A DNA stretch of 64,000 nt, from positions 31,102-95,101 of the forward strand of contig JBAYHC010000003.1 in NCBI GenBank assembly GCA_041666325.1, given 5' to 3'. This stretch comes from Patescibacteria group bacterium (lineage in GTDB: Bacteria > Patescibacteriota > UBA1384 > XYA2-FULL-43-10 > 1-14-0-10-43-13). The notes below the pieces were generated by a model. That model did no database searches. It had not been told where the DNA came from and saw nothing but the letters and a program-made list of their open reading frames with translations. Of this stretch, positions 45,550-56,005 are shown one piece after another. Positions within the stretch are counted from its first letter, which is position 1; each line of letters opens with the position of its first letter. The position numbers and the translations under genes were made by a program.

Positions 45550-47436
45550 CTATTGGGCAATTATATCAGTGCCGGTCAACATTGCACCACCTCGCAATCT
45601 ATCAACTGCAGACTTTAGCAGCTTTGAATAGAGTATTAATCCAACCGCCTCCATATTACCATGCTGTTCCTTGCCCAATATGTTTCCTCCGCCGCGTATC
45701 TCAAGATCCGATATAGCAATATTAAAACCTGACCCAAGCTCTGCGTTGTCAGCCAGCGCCTTCAGCCGCTTGTAGGCATTCGAGGAAAGTTTCTTTCCGG
45801 AGTATGTGAAAAGAGCATATGACTGCCGTGGGCTCCGACCGATCCTGCCACGAATCTGATAGAGCTGTGACAGGCCAAAATGGTCAGCGTCTTCAACGAT
45901 TAAAGTGTTGACGTTCGGTAGATCCAAGCCGTTCTCGACTATAGTTGAGCACACTAAGACGTCGGTTTTGCCATCCGCGAAATTCCTCATTGTCGAAGCC
46001 AATCTATTCTCATCCATCTGACCGTGTGCCACTGCAAATCTAATTTCCGGCATGAGGCGCTCGAGCTTCGACTTTGCCCCTTCAATGGTTGAAACCTCAT
46101 TGTGTAAATAATATGCCTGGCCGCCTCTTTCGACCTCTCGAACAACATATTCTTTGACCAGGTCGATCTTGTCTGCCTCTATCCTGGTATCAACCGATTT
46201 CCTGCCACTGGGTGGAGTAGAAATCTGAGAAATGTCTCTTATGCCCGACAGAGACATGAAAAGGGTACGTGGAATCGGCGTAGCAGAGAGGCTAAGCACG
46301 TTGACTTCGGCCTTTATTTTCTTTAGCTTTTCCTTGTGCCTAACGCCGAACTTTTGTTCCTCGTCTATGATCAAGAGGCCAAGATTTTTATATTCAATAT
46401 CATTCCCAAGCAAACGATGGGTGCCGATTAGAATATCCACACTTCCTCGCTTTGTACCATCCGCAACATCCTTCTGGCCGCTGCTCTCAATAAACCTGCT
46501 CAGGCGCTCAATAGTAACAGGCAGATTCTGAAACCTATTTTTAAAATTTATAAAATGTTGTTCAACTAAAATTGTAGTCGGAACAAGCATCGCAACCTGA
46601 TAACCGTTTGCCACTGCCTGTGCAGCGGCTCTGATTGCAACCTCAGTCTTGCCAAACCCGACATCACCGCAGATCAGGCGCTCCATCGGAATATTTTTTG
46701 TCAGGTCATCAAAAACATTCCGTATAGCAACTGCCTGATCGACCGTGTCTTCGTACGGAAAAGTTTCAGTCACGAGCTTATCCCAACGCTCATCAATTTG
46801 CCAAGGACTGCGCGCACTTATCTCCCTCTTTGCGTAGACTTGGAGCAACTCCCGAGCTAAGAGTAATACATTCTCATACGTCTTTTTATACGTTTTTTCC
46901 CAAGTTTTACTGCCAAGCTTACTAAGCCTTGGCTTTCTCCGACCAACCCCTATGTATGGCGACAAGCGACCAATAAGATTTTCTGGAACATAGAGTATGT
47001 CGCCATTGAGATATTCCAAGTAAATATACGATCGCTCTTCTCCGTCAACCTTCTTAATGCCCAGGTTATGGAAAAGGCCAATACCATAATCTTCGTGAAC
47101 TACATAATCCCCCGGTCTGAGTCGGCTGCCATCAGATAAATTTATCTGATTTGATCCAATGATAAGTGTCGTTAGCTCGTCACTTTTCCGACCATCAACC
47201 AGATTATATGAATAAATTTTTTCAATTTCTGAGCCAAAAAAATCAACTCTGTGCGGAGACAACAGATTAATCGAAAAAAGAGATAGAATCCCGCCACTTA
47301 TCGCAAACTGGCCAGGAACTTCGACTTCATTAACTCTCTCATAGCCAAAATCGAGCAATTTGGGGATCAAATCACTGAATTCATACTTCTCTCCAACTTT
47401 AAGCTGAATTTGGGTCATCATATTACTATACAACAA
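45550..47436 (-). CDS. mfd: Transcription-repair coupling factor (Mfd)-like helicase, short form (628 aa). It apparently lacks the N-terminal UvrB-homology module.
   Basis: RNAP-interaction/CarD-like segment YVVHEDYGIGLFHNLGIKKV, Walker A GDVGFGKTEV, DEEQ box, C-terminal helicase motifs. Confidence 0.7.
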   Translation of the reverse strand: MLYSNMMTQIQLKVGEKYEFSDLIPKLLDFGYERVNEVEVPGQFAISGGILSLFSINLLSPHRVDFFGSEIEKIYSYNLVDGRKSDELTTLIIGSNQINLSDGSRLRPGDYVVHEDYGIGLFHNLGIKKVDGEERSYIYLEYLNGDILYVPENLIGRLSPYIGVGRRKPRLSKLGSKTWEKTYKKTYENVLLLARELLQVYAKREISARSPWQIDERWDKLVTETFPYEDTVDQAVAIRNVFDDLTKNIPMERLICGDVGFGKTEVAIRAAAQAVANGYQVAMLVPTTILVEQHFINFKNRFQNLPVTIERLSRFIESSGQKDVADGTKRGSVDILIGTHRLLGNDIEYKNLGLLIIDEEQKFGVRHKEKLKKIKAEVNVLSLSATPIPRTLFMSLSGIRDISQISTPPSGRKSVDTRIEADKIDLVKEYVVREVERGGQAYYLHNEVSTIEGAKSKLERLMPEIRFAVAHGQMDENRLASTMRNFADGKTDVLVCSTIVENGLDLPNVNTLIVEDADHFGLSQLYQIRGRIGRSPRQSYALFTYSGKKLSSNAYKRLKALADNAELGSGFNIAISDLEIRGGGNILGKEQHGNMEAVGLILYSKLLKSAVDRLRGGAMLTGTDIIAQ

Positions 47437-47595
47437 TTAAGCATCTCTGCCAATAGAGCTACCATATCCAGGAAACAAAAAATCCCTTTTTAGGGATTTT
47501 TTGTTCGAACTAAGTATCATGCTTTGTAATGATTTTCTTGCGTTGTCACATCACTAGAGTGTATCTGACAAGCCGAAATGAAGTGATCAGCCTAC

Positions 47596-48024
47596 CTACT
47601 TACCTTCAACCTCAACACCCATGCTTCTAGCAGTACCAGCGATAACTCTTTTTGCTGCTTCGAGATCTGCAGCGTTTAGGTCAGGCATTTTCGCCGTGGC
47701 AATTTCTTCAAGTTGCGCGACAGTAAGCTTGCCCACTTTCTTTTTCTTTGAGTTGTCGGATCCCTTGGCTGTCCCGAGCGCTTTCTTAATAAGGATGGCG
47801 GCAGGCGGCGTTTTAAGAATGAAAGTGTATGTTCTGTCCTCATAAACAGTAATTTCTACTGGTATGATTGTGTCGCCCTTCTCCCGAGTTTGCTCGTTGA
47901 AGGATTGACAAAACTCCATAATATTCAGGCCATGCTGACCAAGCGCAGGTCCAACAGGGGGCGCGGGAGTAGCCTTGCCAGCTGAAATTTGAAGTTTAAT
48001 AATTGTTTTGATTGCTTTTGCCAT
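47596..48024 (-). CDS. rplK: 50S ribosomal protein L11.
   Basis: [39 protein letters not shown].... Confidence 0.9.
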   Translation of the reverse strand: MAKAIKTIIKLQISAGKATPAPPVGPALGQHGLNIMEFCQSFNEQTREKGDTIIPVEITVYEDRTYTFILKTPPAAILIKKALGTAKGSDNSKKKKVGKLTVAQLEEIATAKMPDLNAADLEAAKRVIAGTARSMGVEVEGK

Positions 48025-48045
48025 CGTAATTCCTACCTGTATTGA

Positions 48046-48681
48046 TTATATCTTTTTAGCTTGCAAAAAATCTAATGAAACCGGGGTTTCTCGGCCAAAC
48101 ATGCTGACCAGAACCTTAATTTTGCCCCTGCTTTGATCAATTTCCTCAACCTTACCCTCAAAACCCTTGAGCGCCCCATCAGTAATCTTGATCAAATCAC
48201 CCTCACGGAAGTCAATCTTAAATTTGGGCTCTTCTACCCCCATTCGTTTTTTAAGGCGGTCAATCTCTTCCTTGGACATTGGGGTAGGCCGCACTCCAAA
48301 CCCAATAAAACCAGTAACATTGGGAGTGTTTCTAACCACGTACCAAGAGTCATCAGTTACCACCATGTCAACAAGAACATAGCCGGGGAATATTCTTTTT
48401 TCAACAACGCGACGCTTGCCGTTCTTTATTTCGATCTGCTTTTCCTTGGGAACAATCACATCAAAAATTTTGTCATGCATCGACATGGACTCAATTCTCT
48501 GGCGCAGAGATTGTGCTACCTGGTCTTCGTATCCAGCATACGTATGGATAACATACCAGTTACGTTCACCAGATTGCTTCAGAGTCAAGAACTTTTTACT
48601 AGAAATAACTCTTGGGGAGGCACCTTCTTGCTCTTGGCTCTCAATTTTTTCTTCTTCGGCCTTTTCTTTTCTTGATGGCAT
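48046..48681 (-). CDS. nusG: Transcription termination/antitermination factor NusG.
   Basis: NGN domain WYVIHTYAGYEDQV and KOW domain GDLIKITDGALKGFEGKVEEID. Confidence 0.9.
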   Translation of the reverse strand: MPSRKEKAEEEKIESQEQEGASPRVISSKKFLTLKQSGERNWYVIHTYAGYEDQVAQSLRQRIESMSMHDKIFDVIVPKEKQIEIKNGKRRVVEKRIFPGYVLVDMVVTDDSWYVVRNTPNVTGFIGFGVRPTPMSKEEIDRLKKRMGVEEPKFKIDFREGDLIKITDGALKGFEGKVEEIDQSRGKIKVLVSMFGRETPVSLDFLQAKKI

Positions 48682-48770
48682 TGTCCCACCTTATTACAAG
48701 ATATTAAGTAATATGATCATGATACAGGGCGTAAAAAGCTTTGCTTATTACAAGATATTAAGTAATGTGA

Positions 48771-48977
48771 TTACGATACAGTTTTGCTCTTCTCAACAAT
48801 GTACTGGATCAAGCTAGACAGACCGTAATCGACCAGCGCAGTGATCGCGGTCGCAGCAACAATCGAAGCAACAACGATAATTGTGTGATAAATCACTTCC
48901 TGCCGCGAGGGCCACTTGACCTTCTTGAGCTCAGACCATGAATCAGCAACATAATTTATCAGAAAATTACTTTTCAT
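48771..48977 (-). CDS. secE: Preprotein translocase subunit SecE.
   Basis: 68 aa with a single C-terminal TM segment. ELKKVKWPSRQEV motif. Position is immediately upstream of nusG. Confidence 0.8.
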   Translation of the reverse strand: MKSNFLINYVADSWSELKKVKWPSRQEVIYHTIIVVASIVAATAITALVDYGLSSLIQYIVEKSKTVS

Positions 48978-49290
48978 TTGTTTTAATTTCCAAAACTTTT
49001 ATTTTAGTGTAGTTTTGGCGATGACCTAGGTCACGTTTGTAGCGCTTTTTAGCCGCGAATTTGAAAACACGGACTTTGTCACCATGAACCTCGGAGAGGA
49101 TCTCGGTCTTGACTGAGGCGCCAGGAACTGTTGGGGTACCAATTAAGATATCCTTGTCATCGGAGACAAGCAAAACGTCAGCAAAATCAAGTGTTTTCTT
49201 GCCGTCTTCTCCATCAACCAGGTCGATTAAGTATTCTTTGCCTGGCTCCAACTTGTACTGATTGCCCTTGTGGGAAATTACTGCAAACAT
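48967..49290 (-). CDS. rplU: 50S ribosomal protein L21.
   Basis: MFAVISHKGNQYKLEPGKEYLIDL...KVRVFKFAAKKRYKRDLGHRQNYTKIKVLEI. Confidence 0.8.
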   Translation of the reverse strand: MFAVISHKGNQYKLEPGKEYLIDLVDGEDGKKTLDFADVLLVSDDKDILIGTPTVPGASVKTEILSEVHGDKVRVFKFAAKKRYKRDLGHRQNYTKIKVLEIKTNEK

Positions 49291-49458
49291 ATGTTCTCCA
49301 AACTAAAAAAGACCGGGGGTCTAACTTGATCTAATTCTATCAAAGATAGAGAAATTGTCAAGTGGCTTTACAATATTAAAGATGAAAGCAAGCCTAAATT
49401 AAAGATATTATCACATCAACCGCACGCCAAGGAAGCAGTCAACGACTTGGCCTTTCAG

Positions 49459-50574
49459 TTAAAAAGAGATTTTCTTGTGTCTTATGAAAATGCTCTGAGT
49501 GAGACCAAGTAACGCAAGAGAGACTATCAGAGACGATCCACCGTAGCTCAAGAACGGAAGCGGTATTCCGGTCACCGGAACAAGCCCAGCATTCATACCA
49601 ACGTTAACAAACGCCTGGAACATGAGCATCGCCGCAACTCCAAAACAAACCAACATGCCAAAATTATCTTGTGCAAGAGAGGCAATACTTATTAGTTTCC
49701 AAATCAGATACGTATACAAAAGCAAAAAAACGGCAGAGCCCATGAAACCAAATGATTCTGCGATCCCGGCAAAAATAAAATCTGTGTGGGGCTCGGGCAA
49801 AAATCTGAGCTGGCTCTGTGTTCCATGCCCGAGACCTTTGCCGAATATACCCCCGGAGCCAATAGTAATCTGGGCCTGGCGGACATTATAGCCATGACCG
49901 TATGGGTCGGTCGTTGGAGAAACGAAAGTCATAATTCTATTTCTCTGGTAGTCCTTCAGTATGTTTTGGAAGGGGGGAACAGCAAAAGCCGAGACAAATA
50001 ACACTGCGATACTACCAACGATGAGCGCCAATATAGTAATGTTTTGGGTCCTTGTTGGGCGAGACAAAAAAACAAGAGTAAAATAGATGAAAATTATTAC
50101 CGAAACCGTACCAAGGTCAGGCTCTCTCAATATTAAGGCAAGTGAGGGCAAAATAATCAACAACGACACAAGCAGATCGCGCCAACGAATATTGCCAATT
50201 TTGCCAGAAAAAAAAGATGAAAGAGTCAGTATGATGGCTGCTTTGCTTACTTCTGAGGGCTGAAGCTGCATAGGTCCAATTATCAGCCAGTTTCTAGCCC
50301 CGCCCGCCTCTTTCCCAAACAAATCAACCAAAACCAGTAGAATGATACTAATTATGTAGAAAATCCAACTTGTGCCTCGAAATAAGCGGTAATCCGAGAA
50401 TGCCGCAACCATCATAGCCAGAAGGCCAATCACCGCCGACAACCCTTGTCTTGATGCGAGCTCTGATTGATTAGTATTGAAAACTAGACTGTAAATAACA
50501 GCTATGCTCGTAAAGACAAACAAGAGCGGCACCAAGAAGAGGACTATATCGAATGTCTTAATCTTCGTTCCCAT
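49459..50574 (-). CDS. SEDS-family peptidoglycan glycosyltransferase (FtsW/RodA).
   Basis: TDFIFAGIAESFGFMGSAVFLLLY...PFLSYGGSSLIV. Confidence 0.8.
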   Translation of the reverse strand: MGTKIKTFDIVLFLVPLLFVFTSIAVIYSLVFNTNQSELASRQGLSAVIGLLAMMVAAFSDYRLFRGTSWIFYIISIILLVLVDLFGKEAGGARNWLIIGPMQLQPSEVSKAAIILTLSSFFSGKIGNIRWRDLLVSLLIILPSLALILREPDLGTVSVIIFIYFTLVFLSRPTRTQNITILALIVGSIAVLFVSAFAVPPFQNILKDYQRNRIMTFVSPTTDPYGHGYNVRQAQITIGSGGIFGKGLGHGTQSQLRFLPEPHTDFIFAGIAESFGFMGSAVFLLLYTYLIWKLISIASLAQDNFGMLVCFGVAAMLMFQAFVNVGMNAGLVPVTGIPLPFLSYGGSSLIVSLALLGLTQSIFIRHKKISF

Positions 50575-53521
50575 GGTCTCTCCTGATCCCGACCCAAATT
50601 TTTCCCTCAGGCAGATCATACTCCTCATCAAGCTCAGCCTCTTCCTTCTGTTTGTGCATTGATTTGGCTAGAACTTCTTTTGAGATTAAATCTTTGGTCT
50701 GCTCGATTGATTGTTCTAATCCTTTTGAGTCGGTTTGATACGAAATATAAATACGATCATTGATCTTAAAGTCAGCCTTCTTGCGCAAGGCCTGAATGCT
50801 TCTGATCAAATCACGAGCAACACCTTCAGCCTTAAGCTCTGGAGTGATTGTGAAATCCAAGGCAACACTAGATGCACCTGCTTCACCGCCTTCCAGGTAG
50901 CTGACTGCCTTAATATTAACTTCATCGGCAATTATTTCCTCAAGCTGAGAGTCCAGTTTGACACCAGAATATTTCAACAGCGCCAATGGCTGACGAACCT
51001 TGACCTTCTCGGCTGACCGAAGCGAGAGACCCGCCTCAACAATCTTTCTGGCCTCAGCCATCTTAAGGTTAAGAGGTTCGTTGATCATACCTTCGTCTGC
51101 ACTAGGATAATCGGCCAAGTGAACAGATTCTTCGCCCGTCAAATTCTTGTAAATCTCTTCGGCAAGAAATGGCGTGAATGGAGCGATCAATTTTGCCAAG
51201 GTAACCAGAATTTCATACAATGTATGATAAGCCTGTTCTTTGTCTTCATCGCTTTCGCTCTTCCAAAACCTCTTGCGTGATCGTCGTATATACCAGTTTG
51301 AAAGATTATCGATGAATGACGGAAACAGCCTCGTTGTTGCGGTCAAATTATACTCCTCCATTCCCTTGTTCACGTTTTTTATGAGGGTATGCAGCTCGGA
51401 CAAAATCCATTGATCCAACACATTATTTGGCTCTTCCGTTCTTTGGCTCTTCCGTTCTTTGGCTGGTTCCCACTTATCAATATTGGCATATAGAACAAAG
51501 AAAGAATACGAGTTCCACATCATGCGAAACATCCCGCGGGAAAATTCAGCCATATCGGATTCGGAAAAATTAAGATTCTCCGCCTGCATCACTGGTGAGC
51601 TCAAAAGATAGAAACGTATGACATCAGCACCGTACTTGTCGAACATCTCGGCTGGATCCGGGTAATTTTGCAAACGCTTGGACATCTTTTTGCCATCCTC
51701 AGCCAGAACGATTCCATTAACAATTACATGCTTGAAAGCGATGCTTTTCTTGAGCGCCGTTGCCAATACATGTAGATAATAGAACCAGGCTCGAGTTTGA
51801 TCTTGACCCTCTGCGATGAAATGTGCCGGAAATCTCTCGTTAAACTTCTCCTCATTTTCGAAGGGGTAGTGCAACTCTGCGTATGGCATGGATCCCGAAT
51901 CGAACCAGGTATCCAAAACATCGGGAATACGTAACGCCTTGCTTTTGCATTTAGGACAAGGGAATGCAATCTTATCAACAACATCCTTGTGAAGATCTAC
52001 CACCTTCTGTCCACTCAGCTGCTCAAGCTCAGCAACAGATCCCAGAACGATTAGCTCGCCACACTCTTCACAGCGCCAGATTGGGATAACAGACGCCCAA
52101 AAGCGCTGCCGCGAAATTGACCAATCCCTGGCGCCCTCCAGCCACTTACCGAAACGACCTTCCTTGATGTGCTTGGGGGACCAATTAATTTCCTTGGCCA
52201 AATTGATTGCGTCATCTTTGAGAGCCAAAATATCAACAAACCATGACGAGGTAGCATAATTTAAGAGAGGCGTATCACAGCGCCAACAATGCGGATAGCT
52301 GTGCTCAAATTTTGCTTTACTAAATAATTGATTTGTACGATCAAGATATTTGATAATCTCAACATCGGTCTTTTGGTAATCATCGATTGCCTTGACGTGC
52401 ATGCCGGCAAACTCGCCCGCCTCAGGCTTAATGACACCATCCATGCCGACATGCTGAACAAACGGTAGGCACTTTTCTTGGCCCAGCTTCATGTCATCTT
52501 CACCAAAAGCAGGAGCTATGTGAACAACACCTGTCCCCTCTTCCGTCGTGACAAAAGAAGCATCAACAACATGCCAACCGTGTTCCTTGTTCTTCAAGTC
52601 TGGTTGCTTGGCATAATAATCAAATAGTGGCTTATAGCTCAAACCAACAAGATCCGAGCCCTTAAATTCCTCAACAATCTTGTATTCATCGTCACCAAAA
52701 ATGTCTTTCACTCGATTCTGCGCCAAGATAAATTTAACCGGCCTCCCGCTGCCCTGGTCCTTCTTCTCGATTTTAACGTATTTAATCTCTTTCCCGACCG
52801 CCAGGGCCACGTTCCCGATCAGGGTCCATGGCGTCGTTGTCCAGGCCAAAACAGATGTTTCTGGATCATCAGCTAATTTAAATTCAGCAATGACTGATAT
52901 GTCCTTCACCATCTTGTAGCCCTCAGCTACTTCTGATTGAGACAATGTGGTCTCGCAGCGAGGGCAGATGTGCATCGAGCGATAGCCCTCATAGATCAGA
53001 CCCTTATCCCAAAGAGTTTTGAAAACCCACCATACCGATTCCATATACGGTAGATCCATTGTCTTGTATGAATTTTTCATATCGGCCCAACGGCCAAGAC
53101 GTCGGATAGCCTTTTCCCACTCGCCGACATACCCCAACACCTTTGATCGACAAACAGCGTTGAACTTATCAACACCCATCTCTTCGATTTCTTTTTTATG
53201 AGTAATACCAAGTTCCTTCTCAGCGATATTTTCGATCGGCAAACCATGGCAATCCCAGCCCCATTTCCGGTCAACTCTGTATCCTCGCATTGTCCAGTAG
53301 CGAGGCACAACATCCTTCATCGTGCTGGCAACAATGTGCCCATAGTGAGGTGTTCCTGTGGCAAATGGAGGGCCATCAAAGAAGCTGTAGGCAGGAGAAT
53401 CCTCTCGCTGCTCAATTGATTTTTGGAATGTTTTGTTTTCATCCCAAAAATCGAGAATTCTCTCTTCTATCTCTGGCAGGTTCATTTTTGAGTCAACTTC
53501 TTTAAACATGGTATTCCCCAT
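50558..53521 (-). CDS. ileS: Isoleucyl-tRNA synthetase.
   Basis: HIGH-class motif HYGH in PFATGTPHYGHIVAST and a KMSKR motif. 987 aa. Confidence 0.9.
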   Translation of the reverse strand: MGNTMFKEVDSKMNLPEIEERILDFWDENKTFQKSIEQREDSPAYSFFDGPPFATGTPHYGHIVASTMKDVVPRYWTMRGYRVDRKWGWDCHGLPIENIAEKELGITHKKEIEEMGVDKFNAVCRSKVLGYVGEWEKAIRRLGRWADMKNSYKTMDLPYMESVWWVFKTLWDKGLIYEGYRSMHICPRCETTLSQSEVAEGYKMVKDISVIAEFKLADDPETSVLAWTTTPWTLIGNVALAVGKEIKYVKIEKKDQGSGRPVKFILAQNRVKDIFGDDEYKIVEEFKGSDLVGLSYKPLFDYYAKQPDLKNKEHGWHVVDASFVTTEEGTGVVHIAPAFGEDDMKLGQEKCLPFVQHVGMDGVIKPEAGEFAGMHVKAIDDYQKTDVEIIKYLDRTNQLFSKAKFEHSYPHCWRCDTPLLNYATSSWFVDILALKDDAINLAKEINWSPKHIKEGRFGKWLEGARDWSISRQRFWASVIPIWRCEECGELIVLGSVAELEQLSGQKVVDLHKDVVDKIAFPCPKCKSKALRIPDVLDTWFDSGSMPYAELHYPFENEEKFNERFPAHFIAEGQDQTRAWFYYLHVLATALKKSIAFKHVIVNGIVLAEDGKKMSKRLQNYPDPAEMFDKYGADVIRFYLLSSPVMQAENLNFSESDMAEFSRGMFRMMWNSYSFFVLYANIDKWEPAKERKSQRTEEPNNVLDQWILSELHTLIKNVNKGMEEYNLTATTRLFPSFIDNLSNWYIRRSRKRFWKSESDEDKEQAYHTLYEILVTLAKLIAPFTPFLAEEIYKNLTGEESVHLADYPSADEGMINEPLNLKMAEARKIVEAGLSLRSAEKVKVRQPLALLKYSGVKLDSQLEEIIADEVNIKAVSYLEGGEAGASSVALDFTITPELKAEGVARDLIRSIQALRKKADFKINDRIYISYQTDSKGLEQSIEQTKDLISKEVLAKSMHKQKEEAELDEEYDLPEGKIWVGIRRDHGNED

Positions 53522-53571
53522 TTATTAGGTAAACAAAAAAAGAGGCCATTTTATGATTAATTATACAAGAA

Positions 53572-53799
53572 TTAGCCCTCTATTTCAATCACTTTTTGTC
53601 TGGACTTCAAGCCTGACACAATCGTGACAGCACACTTGGGAACATTGAAATGCTTGGAGAGCAACGAGACAACCTGTTTGTTCGCTTCGCCCTCGACAGG
53701 CTTTCCCCTGACCCAAACTTTCATATCACCCTCGAGACCTGCCTGAATTTGCTCAATCTTTGCCCCTGGGATAACTTTGATATTTATTCGCAAACTCAT
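53572..53799 (-). CDS. DUF167/YggU-family small protein.
   Basis: 75 aa, beginning MSLRINIKVIPGAKIEQI... with a VTIVSGLKSRQKVIEIEG C-terminus. Confidence 0.65.
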   Translation of the reverse strand: MSLRINIKVIPGAKIEQIQAGLEGDMKVWVRGKPVEGEANKQVVSLLSKHFNVPKCAVTIVSGLKSRQKVIEIEG

Positions 53800-54242
53800 T
53801 TTGTTGACTTTGCCACCTCGTCCAAAGCTTCGTTCACCAACCTATCTGCCAACTTGTTCTGCTCCCTTGGAACATGTACAAACTTAACGTTAAGTTTGAA
53901 ATTCTTCGATAGCTCGGCTATTTGCGCAAATAGCTCCTTCAGATGGTCCTGCTTAACTTTGTAATTACCCGAGACTTGCTCAACAACAAGTTGACTGTCG
54001 AGCCGACATATAACTTCGCCGCCGTTTCCATTGTTAGTTAAAAACCACTTGCTCTTAGTCAGTATTTCAAAAGCACGAATGAGCGCCACGTATTCTGCTT
54101 CATTATTCGTCTTTTCGCCAATATATTCTTTATGGTCATGGATCACGTTCTCATCTGAATCCAAAAAAACTATGCCTATCGCTGCCGGACCTGGATTACC
54201 GCGAGATCCACCATCTGTATTTATATAAATCTTGCTCATCAA
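53796..54242 (-). CDS. rnhA: Ribonuclease HI.
   Basis: IYINTDGGSRGNPGPAAIGIV...NNEAEYVALIRA. Confidence 0.85.
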   Translation of the reverse strand: MMSKIYINTDGGSRGNPGPAAIGIVFLDSDENVIHDHKEYIGEKTNNEAEYVALIRAFEILTKSKWFLTNNGNGGEVICRLDSQLVVEQVSGNYKVKQDHLKELFAQIAELSKNFKLNVKFVHVPREQNKLADRLVNEALDEVAKSTK

Positions 54243-55231
54243 ACACCTATCCCTATCCTGCCCTTAACATCCTCGAGCGTTCGTTGAGCCAATGGAGCAA
54301 CCCGCTCCGACCCCCTGGCGAGTATTTCAGACAAGCCACTATAATCCTCGATATATTTAAAGTACCGAATCTGTATTGGCCTCAAAAATTCAATAACAGA
54401 CTCTGCTAAGGCCTCCTTGAAAACGCCATACCCTTTGCCAGAAAAATCTTGTTCAATGTCTCTAACTGATTTTCCGCTAACCTCACTGAAGATGTTGAGA
54501 AGATTAGCAATGGCCGGCCTGCCTTGGACCGATTCGATTTCGCTACCTGAATCAGTCACGGCCCGCTTGATCTTTTGGCGTATCGTATCTGGCTCGTCAG
54601 TCAGAGCAATATAGTTGTTGGCAGAAGCAGCAGATTTACTCATCTTTTTGGTCGGATCATCAAGACCCATAATACGAGCACTCTCCTTCTTGATGATAGC
54701 CTCCGGCACTGCGAAGGTCTGTCCATATCGATTATTGAATCTAATGGCAAGATCACGAGTTAGCTCAACATGCTGTTTCTGGTCCTCGCCGACTGGAACA
54801 TGGGTTGTCTGGTAGAGCAAAATATCAGCAGCCATAAGAACTGGATAATCGAAAAGGCCAACGCCAATATTCTCATCGGCGCTCCCCCGAGACTTATCCT
54901 TAAATTGTGTCATGCGCGAAAGTTCGCCGATGCGTGTATGACAATTTAGTATCCATGCAAGTTCGGTATGCTCTGGGCGAGTTGACTGAACAAAGATTGA
55001 AGACTTATTTGGGTCTATGCCAGCCGCCAAGTAAATAGCGGCAACGCCCAATATATTCTTCTTAAGCTCAAGGGGCTCCTGCGGCACCGTGATAGCGTGA
55101 AGATCAACAACACAAAATATGGCCTCATCGACTTCATCTTGCAGTTCTACCCACTGCTTAATAGCACCAAGGTAGTTGCCCAAGTGCAAAACTCCGCTTG
55201 GTTGAATACCAGAAAAAATTCGCTTACTCAT
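54239..55231 (-). CDS. trpS: Tryptophanyl-tRNA synthetase.
   Basis: FSGIQPSGVLHLGNYLGA (HIGH-class motif) and KMSKS. Confidence 0.9.
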   Translation of the reverse strand: MSKRIFSGIQPSGVLHLGNYLGAIKQWVELQDEVDEAIFCVVDLHAITVPQEPLELKKNILGVAAIYLAAGIDPNKSSIFVQSTRPEHTELAWILNCHTRIGELSRMTQFKDKSRGSADENIGVGLFDYPVLMAADILLYQTTHVPVGEDQKQHVELTRDLAIRFNNRYGQTFAVPEAIIKKESARIMGLDDPTKKMSKSAASANNYIALTDEPDTIRQKIKRAVTDSGSEIESVQGRPAIANLLNIFSEVSGKSVRDIEQDFSGKGYGVFKEALAESVIEFLRPIQIRYFKYIEDYSGLSEILARGSERVAPLAQRTLEDVKGRIGIGV

Positions 55232-55289
55232 AGATTTGGTTTCCTATTTACTTTCTCACAGGATAGTCAATTGCTGCAAAAATTTCAAT

Positions 55290-55997
55290 CTACAAGGAAG
55301 AATTAACCTTGTCATAGTTCCTGGAGGTTACAGTTGATTGAATCGTCGACCGCGCTCTTTGATTAGCAGAAACGGAATTATAATCTTTGGTTTCCGAAAT
55401 AATGCTAAAATCAATGAACGGCTGCTGTTTGTTTGCCGACTCATCCCTGGGCGTATAACCATTAAAACCACCTGCTACTGAGTGGCTTGCCTTGGAGATA
55501 ATTTTTGATGAATCAGCCAAAATCGCAGTTATCGTCGTATTCAACTGAGTCCCAACAACAGCGTTATTAATATCTCCAGTGTTGCTACCACTGGAATAGT
55601 ACATAGCACCATTACTTATGACAAATATCCTGTAATTATCTTTTGAAAAAGTGACCAGTGTATTTGCCCCGCCTTCGCGCGGACTATCAGAGTTAATACG
55701 AACACAAACCGATGAGGCACAGGAGAACATCATGACACCGCTGCTGTAGGTGGCGATACTTGGATCAATAACAAGTTTGGTGTCGCCCTTTGCTTCCCGG
55801 ACAGCCCGAGTAATCATATCAGCGATCTCTCTTGCCTCTTGGGCAGTCTGCCTGGACTCAACCGCCTTGTATTGAAACGCGGCTACCTGAGAAATCGTGG
55901 CAAACGTCACCATCGAGACACCGGCAAAAATGGCCGAAGCCAAGAGCACCTCGATGAGAGTAAAGCCACCTTTTTTAATTAGATATTTTCTACTCAT
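55290..55997 (-). CDS. Type IV pilus minor pilin/pseudopilin (prepilin-type N-terminus G-FTLIEVLLA).
   Basis: KKGGFTLIEVLLASAIFAGV. Confidence 0.7.
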   Translation of the reverse strand: MSRKYLIKKGGFTLIEVLLASAIFAGVSMVTFATISQVAAFQYKAVESRQTAQEAREIADMITRAVREAKGDTKLVIDPSIATYSSGVMMFSCASSVCVRINSDSPREGGANTLVTFSKDNYRIFVISNGAMYYSSGSNTGDINNAVVGTQLNTTITAILADSSKIISKASHSVAGGFNGYTPRDESANKQQPFIDFSIISETKDYNSVSANQRARSTIQSTVTSRNYDKVNSSL

Positions 55998-56005
55998 GCG
56001 AATAA

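Noticed and set aside
49290-49459. tRNA-Trp expected upstream of secE.
   Set aside because: The spacer is AT-rich with no cloverleaf potential. In this genome L21 overlaps the secE start instead.
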